Shown one piece after another: positions 1 through 12,339 of a stretch of 34,707 nt of DNA. The notes below the pieces were generated by a model. It saw only the letters and a program-made list of their open reading frames with translations, was not told where the DNA came from and made no database searches. This stretch comes from Ginkgo biloba (lineage: Eukaryota > Plantae > Ginkgophyta). The stretch lies in the NCBI GenBank assembly GCA_024626585.2, contig JANKJI020000004.1:13480846-13515552 (forward strand). Reading direction: 5' to 3'. Each line of letters begins with the position of its first letter. The first letter of the stretch is position 1. A program made the position numbers and the translations under genes.

Positions 1-699
1 GCTTGATCTGTATTTTTGGTGCATGAAATATTGTGTAGCGGCCAGTACCTGGTAGGAACATGACATTATCAGCACCATAGGAGACGTGTCGAAAAAACAA
101 AAAAGAAGAAAATATGACCAAATAAATGTAAAAGTTCAATTGATTTAGAAGAATTGTAAAGGAAAAGAAAACATTAAAAAGCATCATATCTTCCTAGAAA
201 AAGCACCANNNNNNNNNNNNNNNNNNNNNNNNNNNNNNNNNNNNNNNNNNNNNNNNNNNTTTCTTGGCAATTTTAAAGGTTGTGTTGAATTATTCTTAGA
301 AATCATTTCAGTTTTTCAAAAAGCATTGTTCAATTATTCAAGTAAAGGATATCTAGATTAAACCTATGTATGTTATAACATAGCGTAACAAGAAAATGTA
401 ATTTTTTTAATGAAGGTATTGATCAACATCATGCTTGTTTTGTTGTTCCATATATTTTTTCTACATTGATTTATTTGAAAACATTAACGTTTATTAAATG
501 AGATATATGTATTTGTAAAATATTTATAGTTATTTGAGTTTTCAAAAATTTTATTTCATGCATAATTTAATCAAGATCAGTTAATTGATCTGGATAGTTA
601 AAGGATCAAATTTTACAGTTAATCAATCTTGACAATTAAAGGCTCAAATTTTAATTGTAAATAGAGTTCACACATACATTTGAAAATTGAATTTCAGAG

Positions 700-1525
700 G
701 CTTATTCCCTATAAATAGGGAGAAATCACACTAGAAAGCTGCTGAAAGGTTTTAGAAAATTAGGGATGTCTCTTAATTTCAAAGGAATTTAAAGTAGAAC
801 TCAGAGACCTTAGAAGTATTATTAGAACAAATTTAGGATGAGGAGTTATTCACATTTAAAGTCAAGGTAAAATTCTGTGGTACATGATAATTGACTCTAG
901 GTCGACTTAGATCTAGTCATCACTTTTGCAATACTTCTAAAGGTCATAATTGCCTCGCCCTTGTTTAGGTCTTAATTTATAAGTACGTTTTTTTTGGTTT
1001 TTCTTAAAATTGTCATAAGTTTTGACATAAGTGGGTATGATATGGCTCCTAAGAACAGTACACTAAGTATTCAGCATCACTCCCTTTATATCTATAGAGA
1101 TAATTATGATGAATTCATACACCAACTAACCATGTATTAATATAGGCATGAAGATCCTTAGGAATTCATTTAGATTTTGTAATCACATATTTCTTTGTAA
1201 GTCCAAAGTTTTTTTTTTATTCAAAATATACAAGCCACAACTTTGATCAAAATCAACACGAAGATGGTGATCAAGACTTACAATGGGTGATAGATGTTAA
1301 CATTTTAGATGATTGGATTTGTCATCTAGAGGTAAATTTTGAAGTTCAATTTTATCCTAATGAACAAAAGGTTATGGTTATTAAGATGATATGGTATGGG
1401 ATTGTTTTAATATGGTCAGATGCCCATTGTATTGTCTACATAGTTGCTTGAAATCCACCCATTATTGATTGGGAAGAGTTAAAGAGGAAGATCTATGAGT
1501 GATTTTTGTTTCAATGATTTTGGGT
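700..1525 (+). mobile_element. Degenerate Ty3/gypsy 5' fragment: LTR TATA, possible PBS and gag relic
   Basis: CCCTATAAATAGGG at 707-720 resembles an LTR TATA box. TATTATTAGAAC at 817-828 resembles a decayed tRNAi-Met PBS (TGGTATCAGAGC). ATGGCTCCTAAG (MAPK) starts at 1042. About 1305-1510 translates, with frameshifts and stops, as LDDWI...FEVQFYPNEQKVMVIKM...VLIWSD...PPIIDWEELKRKIYE*FL, a retrotransposon-gag pattern. Confidence 0.6.
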
Positions 1526-1666
1526 GGCACCTACAAGTCAAGAATGTCATCTGGTTTCTTGAGAAACTTTGCCTTGTGATTTGGTTTCTTCGCCTTCCTT
1601 TTACTTGCTTTTTCAATTAGAGGTTGGAGAATTATTCAAGCATTCTTGGAAGCTCTAAGGTTGTTG

Positions 1667-1910
1667 ACAATTTAGATGGCTCCCTTCGTATCTCATCTCG
1701 TTTCCATCACATCTCCCATTTCTATCTACTATTTTCATCTCATCTCTTATCCCCACCCGTTTTTGTCTTGTCTCATGTAACAACTCATTGCAAATAATTA
1801 CCACAATTTAGATGGCTCCCTTCGTATCTCGTCTCGTTTCCATCACATCTCCCATTTCTATCTATTATTTTCATCTCATCTCTTGTCCCCACCCGTTTCT
1901 GTCTTGTCTC
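1667..1910 (+). repeat. Near-tandem 108-bp direct duplication (1667-1774 and 1803-1910)
   Basis: Both copies begin ACAATTTAGATGGCTCCCTTCGTATCTC and end GTCTTGTCTC. I counted 4 mismatches, all transitions, and a 28-bp spacer. Confidence 0.95.
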
Positions 1911-2220
1911 CCACCTCTAGTCTCATTCTTGTTCTATCTTCCATCCCATTCCCTTATGTCATTTATGTTCTCATACCATCTTATTCCTATCTCCCACTTC
2001 CAGTTTTGTCTACCATTTGATTCTCATCTCCCCTTTGTTCCCTATTTTTGTCTAACCTTTGCTCTCAATTTCTGTCTCTATTCGTTGTTTCAATTTTGTC
2101 TCTCGTCTTATTCCTATTTTTCATCTCTATTATTAACACTATTTATTATCTATGTCCCATCTCCCATCATCAGTCTCATTCTTGTCTTGTCTTCTATTTT
2201 GATTATGTGTCCCTTTTATT
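1680..2220 (+). repeat. Pyrimidine-rich degenerate pentamer tract (TCTCR/TCCCR/TCTTG)
   Basis: TCTCA, TCTCG, TCCCA and TCTTG units recur with strong C/T strand skew. This tract produces the spurious S/F/L/P-rich ORF at 1812-2264. Confidence 0.75.
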
Positions 2221-3647
2221 ATTTAATATATTTTTTTAGTGAGAAGAAGGGGTGGTTAGTTTAACACACATTTTTTTTTAAGTATATAGTAACGTGAGGG
2301 AGTCTACCTTGGCAAATAATTACCACATTTCAAATCTTCTTAAATGCATGTAATATTNNNNNNNNNNNNNNNNNNNNNNNNNNNNNNNNNNNNNNNNNNN
2401 NNNNNNNNNNNNNNNNNNNNNNNNNNNNNNNNNNNNNNNNNNNNNNNNNNNNNNNNNNNNNNNNNNNNNNNNNNNNNNNNNNNNNNNNNNNNNNNNNNNN
2501 NNNNNNNNNNNNNNNNNNNNNNNNNNNNNNNNNNNNNNNNNNNNNNNNNNNNNNNNNNNNNNNNNNNNNNNNNNNNNNNNNNNNNNNNNNNNNNNNNNNN
2601 NNNNNNNNNNNNNNNNNNNNNNNNNNNNNNNNNNNNNNNNNNNNNNNNNNNNNNNNNNNNNNNNNNNNNNNNNNNNNNNNNNNNNNNNNNNNNNNNNNNN
2701 NNNNNNNNNNNNNNNNNNNNNNNNNNNNNNNNNNNNNNNNNNNNNNNNNNNNNNNNNNNNNNNNNNNNNNNNNNNNNNNNNNNNNNNNNNNNNNNNNNNN
2801 NNNNNNNNNNNNNNNNNNNNNNNNNNNNNNNNNNNNNNNNNNNNNNNNNNNNNNNNNNNNNNNNNNNNNNNNNNNNNNNNNNNNNNNNNNNNNNNNNNNN
2901 NNNNNNNNNNNNNNNNNNNNNNNNNNNNNNNNNNNNNNNNNNNNNNNNNNNNNNNNNNNNNNNNNNNNNNNNNNNNNNNNNNNNNNNNNNNNNNNNNNNN
3001 NNNNNNNNNNNNNNNNNNNNNNNNNNNNNNNNNNNNNNNNNNNNNNNNNNNNNNNNNNNNNNNNNNNNNNNNNNNNNNNNNNNNNNNNNNNNNNNNNNNN
3101 NNNNNNNNNNNNNNNNNNNNNNNNNNNNNNNNNNNNNNNNNNNNNNNNNNNNNNNNNTAATAACAATATCTTCAAGAGTATCTAAGAAATAACATTTGTC
3201 GACCATGTGATATTGTTTTGAAGAAAAAACATATCAATATTCCAAATACACAAACAAATTACACTCATAAACATATCAACCAAAATATTTTATGCTTGCT
3301 TTTATGCAAGGAATGTCATGAAATGTACTAATTCATCTAGCAAGGTAATGCCACTCTTTTATTTATTTGTTGATCAAATCTCCCCTCCTAGACCAAATGT
3401 CAAGTTGGTACCCACTTCCTTATGTACAAACACAACATTAGTGCCTACACCACACTATTTGTGTCCCCTGATTAGCTTCTCATCAAGACACCCGGCTCCC
3501 ACTATGTTTTATGGACAACACAATTAGTACCCTCTAAGACATGCTTAACAAGTATCCCTATAGAGAAATTTGCTTTTTTCCTTAGACAATACATATACAA
3601 CATACGGCCTTATGATTGCCCTAAATGTGCCACATGGACACTTATAT

Positions 3648-3657
3648 GGGGGGGGGG
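3648..3657. repeat. G10 homopolymer just downstream of the kinase stop (poly-C on the coding strand)
   Basis: GGGGGGGGGG read directly from the sequence. Confidence 0.9.
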
Positions 3658-3676
3658 CAGGAGATCATGTTTCATG

Positions 3677-4178
3677 TTACCTAGCAGACACATTGGACAT
3701 TGCAAAAGAGTAACTCAATGACCTAACAAGGATTTGGGTGTCATTCCCTCCTCCCTCCTCTGCTGCCCTTGGACTGCTTCTGGTTTGACTATGCCTTGGA
3801 GACAATTGTTCAAGATTCAACAAATCAACTATGATCATCTTGGTCTCAGGAGGATCCTCAAGAACAATCCTTCCCTCGAGCATATCAACTACCTTTCTCA
3901 TAGATGGCCTCAACCTAGACTTCTCTTGAATGCACCAGAGAGCGACATTTATCAATAATCTCAACTGTGCCTCATTCACACTGTCCTTATTCAGTCTTCT
4001 ATCAACTATTTCCATTAACTTTTCTTCTCTGGCAGCCTTCATAACTACACTTGGAAAATAAGACCAAGGAGCCTCCTGGATGGTATTGCTACTGCCCATG
4101 ACATCCTCCATGTAATTCTGCCTGACATTCCTACGCCCACCTATCATTTCGAACATCACCATACCAAAACTATACACA
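3677..4178 (-). CDS. Receptor-like Ser/Thr protein kinase (RLK/Pelle), C-terminal part: subdomains IX-XI plus tail; 5' part hidden in N-gap 4179-4944
   Basis: An open 166-codon frame reads VYSFGMVMFEMIGGRRN...MEIVDRRL...LLINVALWCIQEKSRLRPSMRKVVDMLEGRIVLEDPPETKMIIVDLL and ends at TAA (3679-3677). These are canonical plant RLK subdomain IX-XI motifs. From memory it resembles the At5g20050-like/SD-2 group. GC is higher than in the flanks and no intron is visible. Confidence 0.92.
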
Positions 4179-5086
4179 NNNNNNNNNNNNNNNNNNNNNN
4201 NNNNNNNNNNNNNNNNNNNNNNNNNNNNNNNNNNNNNNNNNNNNNNNNNNNNNNNNNNNNNNNNNNNNNNNNNNNNNNNNNNNNNNNNNNNNNNNNNNNN
4301 NNNNNNNNNNNNNNNNNNNNNNNNNNNNNNNNNNNNNNNNNNNNNNNNNNNNNNNNNNNNNNNNNNNNNNNNNNNNNNNNNNNNNNNNNNNNNNNNNNNN
4401 NNNNNNNNNNNNNNNNNNNNNNNNNNNNNNNNNNNNNNNNNNNNNNNNNNNNNNNNNNNNNNNNNNNNNNNNNNNNNNNNNNNNNNNNNNNNNNNNNNNN
4501 NNNNNNNNNNNNNNNNNNNNNNNNNNNNNNNNNNNNNNNNNNNNNNNNNNNNNNNNNNNNNNNNNNNNNNNNNNNNNNNNNNNNNNNNNNNNNNNNNNNN
4601 NNNNNNNNNNNNNNNNNNNNNNNNNNNNNNNNNNNNNNNNNNNNNNNNNNNNNNNNNNNNNNNNNNNNNNNNNNNNNNNNNNNNNNNNNNNNNNNNNNNN
4701 NNNNNNNNNNNNNNNNNNNNNNNNNNNNNNNNNNNNNNNNNNNNNNNNNNNNNNNNNNNNNNNNNNNNNNNNNNNNNNNNNNNNNNNNNNNNNNNNNNNN
4801 NNNNNNNNNNNNNNNNNNNNNNNNNNNNNNNNNNNNNNNNNNNNNNNNNNNNNNNNNNNNNNNNNNNNNNNNNNNNNNNNNNNNNNNNNNNNNNNNNNNN
4901 NNNNNNNNNNNNNNNNNNNNNNNNNNNNNNNNNNNNNNNNNNNNTGAAATCATATTAAAGGTCTCACTAAGTATGATTTTAGAGATTCTATGCAACAATT
5001 TAGCCTTTCAAAAACACTCACCTAAGTCAGACCATGTTACCATCCTATTCCTAGAAAGCCTCAATAAAAATACCTCAAAGAAAGCA

Positions 5087-5360
5087 ACTTACATCTCTAT
5101 TACCTCTAAGGTATTAAAATTCCAAAATGAGGGAAAATCTAAAATAAGTTTCCAGGCTCAAATAAAAATCCCCTAAAAATATGAATTACATCTTCATTAC
5201 CTCTGAGGTCTTAAAAATTCCAAAATGCGAGAAGATCTAAAATAAGTCATTGGGCCCAAAAATTAAATGCTCAAAATAAAATTTTGACTTACATCACTAT
5301 TACCCTTGAGGTCATAAAACTCCAAAATAGGGGAAAATCTAAAACAAGTCAATTGAGCTC
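5087..5360 (+). repeat. Degenerate tandem repeat, three units of about 100 bp
   Basis: Units start at ~5087, 5184 and 5287 and share TTACATC..ATTACC..(A/G)AGGT..TAAAA..TCCAAAAT....GAA(A/G)ATCTAAAA(T/C)AAGT. Confidence 0.88.
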
Positions 5361-8300
5361 AGGTTTAAAGAGGATAAAACCAATGGGTTACATATTTTTT
5401 CGATATAACTAGACTTCCAAAATTATCCATCCTTTCTAAATCTCATCTAACATTTTGATATCGATTGATGGCTCAATCAATGCTTAATAAACCTCTAATC
5501 ATACTTATAGACGAAGGTGGTAGGGGAAAATTAGGCCCTTCAGTAGCTTCCTAAATGATCAAGACCTACTCAAGAAATGACTTTATTAATGCCAGTATTT
5601 TTCTACCTCATGTTACTAATGACATTATTTAATATGCTACATTCATTGGCTCCCTCATTGATGCTCTTCCATTCCAACATTCCCACATTAACCTTTGTAC
5701 AGATTCCTTTCCTAAGGTCAATCAACTGAACTAGCTTTGGGAAGTTGCACATCTAATGTTAAGGACCTATGCAACTACAACATGATTTATTCTCATAGAA
5801 TTTATAGTTGTTGTTTATGACACATATACAGAGAGCTCAATATAGATGCTAGTCACCTAGTCAACCTAATCCTCTAACATTACTCGAGTTCCTGATAGTA
5901 CCTATTGTATTCTTGACATCGTTGCTCAATTCACAACAACATCTCTCCCTGACAAGTTGCTCTTAAGAGAGGGAAAAAATACAATACAAATTAGGGGTCT
6001 TATAGATCAAAATTATGTAATGAGAGATCGCCTGTGACTCTCGAGATAGCATTTTGCATAGAATAGGGTCAACAAAGCAATAAACGTGCTTCTTAACACT
6101 CTTTATGTAATTATTTTTTTGTAATCAATAAAATAAGCCACCTAATCTTGTTTGCGTGCAGGTCTTCAACAACTTTGAGAGATTCTAAGAGAGTTTCCAA
6201 CCTCAATGACTCTTCCATAAGCTTCATTTAATCTAATTATAGCCTCCCACATCTTTCTCTCTAGAAAACTCCTGTAAAATCCTTGGGAAGCTCAACATCG
6301 CTAATTTATGACTGTAAATCAACAACACTGCTGACACATGTGCTATTATACGACTCTACTCTACAAACGCACATAAATAAGTAGCGTCGATCATTTTGGT
6401 TCAAAAAAAGTAATAAAATAGAAATTAATCAATTGGAGACATTGTCAACGAACTTAGGTTCAGTTCCAACTGATTCAACTTCTCAAAATCTGACCATTGG
6501 ATCTTGTGAAGTGGTAATCATCCACAAGATCAGATTTCCCTTAGGAATCGATCCTGTACCCTATAAAAAGGGCATCAATTGAGGAACATAGGGGGGAACT
6601 TTGAAGTAAAGTTATGTTGTTAGAATATAGTCTCATTTTTTGTACATAATTTTCAAGTATGTTAGTGAGACATTACACTCCAACATCCCCTTGAGTTTCA
6701 AGCTAGGTTTAGCCTTGGAGGCTAACCACATTACTATTCCTTTTTTTAATTCTAAACACTAATTTCAACTCTAGTAGTAAGATATTTTCAAGGAACCTCA
6801 ACGGGAAAATGTCATACAAAAAGATTGGAACTAATGCGAAGTCAAAGCATGTTGTGTATCTTGCCACTTTAGACATCCAACCTTGGGGATAGGTTTCTTA
6901 CCTTTCAAGCCAAAGAAAATCTCAAGGATTGACTTATTTTAAAGAAGTATAATTAATTAGAGAAGTATTTTTAAGATATAAAATAAGTAATATATACATT
7001 ATAAGCAAATGTTTTGGTAAAATAAATGTTTTGTTAGTGTTTTACAATAAATTTGACGAATAAAGTAATATTTTAATTAAAATTGAAAACCCTTGGCAAA
7101 TGTTTTAGAGAAATTTTTCCTATCATTTAATCTCATTTTTGAAAAAAATACAATAGCCAATTGGCTATATATAGCCCATAAAATTNNNNNNNNNNNNNNN
7201 NNNNNNNNNNNNNNNNNNNNNNNNNNNNNNNNNNNNNNNNNNNNNNNNNNNNNNNNNNNNNNNNNNNNNNNNNNNNNNNNNNNNNNNNNNNNNNNNNNNN
7301 NNNNNNNNNNNNNNNNNNNNNNNNNNNNNNNNNNNNNNNNNNNNNNNNNNNNNNNNNNNNNNNNNNNNNNNNNNNNNNNNNNNNNNNNNNNNNNNNNNNN
7401 NNNNNNNNNNNNNNNNNNNNNNNNNNNNNNNNNNNNNNNNNNNNNNNNNNNNNNNNNNNNNNNNNNNNNNNNNNNNNNNNNNNNNNNNNNNNNNNNNNNN
7501 NNNNNNNNNNNNNNNNNNNNNNNNNNNNNNNNNNNNNNNNNNNNNNNNNNNNNNNNNNNNNNNNNNNNNNNNNNNNNNNNNNNNNNNNNNNNNNNNNNNN
7601 NNNNNNNNNNNNNNNNNNNNNNNNNNNNNNNNNNNNNNNNNNNNCTTCTCATAAAAAGTGTGCTTATAATATATTTATGATATAATATTACGCGTATATG
7701 TATAGATTTAGATTATTTCAAATACTTATCTTGATCATGGATGTTGTATCAATGTAACCGAATTGAATAAATGTCCTTGTCCCCACATTTGATCTTGTCA
7801 AAATTTTAAGCAAAAATGAACATGGAGGCAATTTTGTATAAAAAAATAAGAGTACGAATACTTGTAGTTTTTGTATATGCCAACTAACTAAAACCAAACA
7901 GTCTTAATGAAGACAAGCATGCTTAACCAAAAGCATGTGTACATAGAAGAATGCTTCTCGGAAGATCCTTCTCTCATGTATAGTTATATTAAGATAAAAT
8001 GAAATTATTCTATTGTAAGTCTCCCAAAATTAAAGTAAAGCTTCTTATCTATTTTTGGAATTAGTAAACATTTTGAACATGTATAGTATGATCCCATATT
8101 GTTTGAAGGCTTATATATGTTAGCCAAGGAGTTTTGAATTATTGTTATGCAACTACAATTTGGTTTTGGAGATAGGTGTATACTCTAATGGGATTTGAAC
8201 ATTTAACAACTTTGAGAAATTCACTACTATTAACCACTTGGACTAGCCTTAAGGACTAATCAATAAGAAATATAAAATGTATTATTTTTTATAATGAATA

Positions 8301-9788
8301 ACTTTAACCATGAGTAAGAATACTTATTGAATATATCAAGAAAATTAAATCCATGAAATATGTTTTTACTAATAATTAGATATGTTTTATGAATTTTATC
8401 ATTCTCTGAGTTTGTCTCAAGTCAGGAAATACAATGGAGTCTAGCATCTTGACAAGTATTCTAGGCTTATTGAGTGATATTTACTAAATTTATAAGCCAT
8501 CTTTTGGGGTTACATTAAATATTTCATCAAAATAAAATATTGTTTATGATAATTGATTATTTGTGGTGAATATTCTTATTCTTTTGTATATAGATTAACT
8601 AAAACAAACTAATTTGCCTAACATATAATAAAACTAAAGTTTTTGTAATGTGAAGTTCATTGAAGAATATTTAGTCATTTAGCTAATAGTATGTTTGAAT
8701 GAATAATTGTCAAACAATTTATCATAATTGATAAGATCTTCAAGTCATTCTTCATTGAAACACACAATCAAAGCAAGAAAATATTGAGTACTTAATAGTG
8801 TACTTAATCGGTGTGTTCATCATTGAACTGTCCTAAGGATTTGCATATTAGAGTAGTATAGTCTAATTTTATGAATCATTAAACATTCACTATTCATTCA
8901 TGAGATCATCTAAATGCTAGCATCTAATATGTTAGTAGAGCTTTGATGTTTAACTAATGGATCGTAATGGGATTTCAAATCATCATTTGTACTTAGATAG
9001 ATTATGATAGGANNNNNNNNNNTAGCTCGTAATTAAGTTACGTATTTTTAATTACAAAATAGAAAAATAACCAATGGAGCTTTAATGCTTAATTAAGAAG
9101 AGTTCTAACATAAAAACAAAATCATATATAATCCTAAAGGATACAAATGAATTCAAGATATTCAATTGAGTAATAATAAAAGGAATGTAATCCAATGAAG
9201 ACCATACAAAATGGATTGAGATAATTGGATNNNNNNNNNNNNNNNNNNATAAAAGTGATATGCCTAAGGTCATATGAATGATCCTTGTGTAAAGGGGCTA
9301 GTCTTCATTTCTAATTAATTATAACTCAAGTAATATAAATTAATTAATTAGTCATTGGCACTTACCTTACTTTTGTTAAGAATAAGTAGGATAAGCATTT
9401 TCCTAAGATAACATTATGCTAAATCGATTAGATAACCTTTTTCTAAATTTGATCAAAAGTACTTGTAAGCATAGCATGTTAATTAGCTATAAAAACATAC
9501 ATGTGGACAAATTCAACAAAATGAACACTTATGTTAGAGAATCTAAGCAAAGTTTTTAATATATATAATTTACCATAGATTCATGTCATTATAAGGGGTG
9601 AATTGTGAAAATGTTAATGATAATTTTTTAGTCAATGTAGTGTAGGAAAAACCCAATCTATTTTGGAGAAACCCATGTCAAAAGAGAGAAAACATATGGT
9701 GCTTTATGGAAAAGTCATGGCACTCCTACGCACTTGAACCCAAGGACCTACAATCCACATTACCTTGTAAACAATCGAGGAAATTATC

Positions 9789-9806
9789 AGAGAGAGAGAG
9801 AGAGAG
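9789..9806 (+). repeat. (AG)9 microsatellite
   Basis: Read directly from the sequence. Confidence 0.9.
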
Positions 9807-11544
9807 GTCCTTTGATGTCATTGTACCTTTAGAATCTTGATTGATATAAATGAGGTACCCACTTGGTAGGAGGTAGAAGGGATGGCCTTCAAATATTGCG
9901 AAAGTGTATGGATAAATATCCAAGGGAGTAATCAACTCTATATTTTCTTACAACACTAAATTAAAGCTTATTGTCCTCTAGTACAATCTAAAATAGAGAT
10001 TTGTATAGAGAATTCTAAGTATTATGTCTACATGTGCACTTGTAGAGAGAACCATGTCAATGCACGCTTATGGAGAGTGCAAAAAAATGACATTGTGTTA
10101 GTGCACATCTTTGGAGTGCATTCAATTATGGTATAGTGCACAAAAACACAATGCACTACATAGAAGATTGAAAACTCAAAAAAATAGTCCAAATAATATA
10201 TGGCTTTGCACGTAGCTCAATAAAGATGACCTACACAAGTTCGTGAAGCTACGAAACACCTACACAATATCCAAGAAGATACTCTATGCACTTATGGGAT
10301 TGACCAAACGATCTCATCATAATCTTACAAAAGATTCCAAGCAAGATCAAACATTAGCTTCATAAAGATAAAGTGGATAAGAAATAAAATTTCTCTATTA
10401 ATCCACAAGAATGCTATGCATGAGTCACAAGACTTNNNNNNNNNNNNNNNNNNNNNNNNNNNNNNNNNNNNNNNNNNNNNNNNNNNNNNNNNNNNNNNNN
10501 NNNNNNNNNNNNNNNNNNNNNNNNNNNNNNNNNNNNNNNNNNNNNNNNNNNNNNNNNNNNNNNNNNNNNNNNNNNNNNNNNNNNNNNNNNNNNNNNNNNN
10601 NNNNNNNNNNNNNNNNNNNNNNNNNNNNNNNNNNNNNNNNNNNNNNNNNNNNNNNNNNNNNNNNNNNNNNNNNNNNNNNNNNNNNNNNNNNNNNNNNNNN
10701 NNNNNNNNNNNNNNNNNNNNNNNNNNNNNNNNNNNNNNNNNNNNNNNNNNNNNNNNNNNNNNNNNNNNNNNNNNNNNNNNNNNNNNNNNNNNNNNNNNNN
10801 NNNNNNNNNNNNNNNNNNNNNNNNNNNNNNNNNNNNNNNNNNNNNNNNNNNNNNNNNNNTCTTTGTTAGTAGATGTATATGGGTAAGCTTGTGGGTTGGA
10901 AATTAGAGGAGGTTGGTGTACTTGCCTAATGAGCTTCTCTTAGTTTGGGTTACTCTAATAATCTCAAGCATATAGATAAAGACTTAAGATATATGTAGGC
11001 ATTAATATGGGAGGAAAATATCAATTAGTATAAAAGCAAGTTTCACTTAAGCTATCAAAATATTTCTATTCATCTTTCTATAATGTTTGATCTTCTATAT
11101 TGTGTGCATATTGGTTGATGGTTTGGATCAGGTGATACTACATCAAAGCAGGCTTAAAAGTAAGAGACATCAACTTACGAAAAGGAAGAAGATCTCACAC
11201 ATTAGATTTTACTACTAGCATCATAAAGCAAAGAAACAACCCAATGAATGAAGATATCATTAATCAAAAGAGAAGATACAAATGAATGTGAACAAGCTTT
11301 AATCTATTAGGAGATCTAGATACTTTATAAAGGATAGCAACCCCAATGCCTGGATATTCTTCTAATGCATCTACTAGTGTAATAGAGAAAAGGTTGAATT
11401 AAAAGATTAATATGATGAGTCATCAAATCTAATTGCTTCTTTTATAGATATAACAATTGTATAATGCTATGCAAACTATAACTACACAATCCATTTAACA
11501 AGTGAATACTATACTTTGTGATATAGGTTCTTTAAAGAGACTTA

Positions 11545-12050
11545 GATTAATAAAGGTGGATACCAAATTGGAGATGAAATCTTATGATGGAACCATTGAT
11601 GCCAAAAGGATGGATGATTGGATCCAAATTTTGGAAGCCTATTATGGTATTTAAGGGTTCAATGATTTATAAAAAAAATAGATTTTTCAGATTGAAAATG
11701 GTAAAATGTGCATTATCCTGGTAGGAGTACTATATCAAGCCAATTAAGAAATCTAGAGGTTAGTATAGTGGAGTAATTAAAATTATTATTGAGGAGAAAA
11801 TTCTACAGTTAGGTTACATGAATGAGCTTTATAAGAAGTGACAACATTACAAATAAGAGAAGAATCAATCGGTGGAGTAATACATAGATGCATTCCACAA
11901 GATAGCAATCAACATATTAAGAAAGCTAAAGATTATATAGTTTTGGAGTTCATTAGATAAATCTACATCATTATTCATCATGAACTTGATCTCTTTGAGA
12001 TTAACACTTTAAACAAGGGTTACAAATTTACACTCAAGGTGGAGGCTAGA
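11545..12050 (+). pseudogene. Retrotransposon gag (capsid) relic
   Basis: IKVDTKLEMKSYDGTIDAKRMDDWIQILEAYYGI*...FRLKMVKCALSW*EYY...EEKILQLGYMNELYKKW...NQSVE*YIDAFHKIAI, with stops and frameshifts. Confidence 0.85.
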
Positions 12051-12339
12051 AGCAAATATAAATATGTTTAAAAAAGGGAGTTAAAGGAGGAAAATTAAGC
12101 TCTAACCAACAACCATTATAAGGGTTGGAAGATAATGATTCTAACAATTTTTTGTAATTATTACAAAGTTAAGAAAATTTGTAATGAGAATTCTTGGTTA
12201 AAGAAGAAGTCTACAACTCTTCATGTTCATAAAGAAATCCTTGAAGAGGATTTTGAGACTAAATTTGCTAGTGGTGAAGTAGATCTAACATTAAAAATAA
12301 TTAAAAATTCCCAATAAAGTGTTAAGTAAGAGAGAAAGA

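Noticed and set aside
1812-2264. 150-aa hydrophobic ORF that resembles a membrane protein
   Set aside because: It is a by-product of a purine-poor pentamer tract that lacks stop codons. Its start lies within a duplicated repeat and it has no domain motifs.
3734-3958. Plus-strand 74-aa ORF
   Set aside because: It is the antisense shadow of the kinase CDS.
5087-5360. Repeat array as a possible CRISPR
   Set aside because: The units are ~100 bp and similar along most of their length, with no unique spacers, no cas genes and a eukaryotic context.
6540-6620. CCCTATAAAAAGGG TATA-like motif, possibly in a solo LTR
   Set aside because: I found no LTR termini, partner repeat, PBS or PPT, so the motif alone is insufficient.
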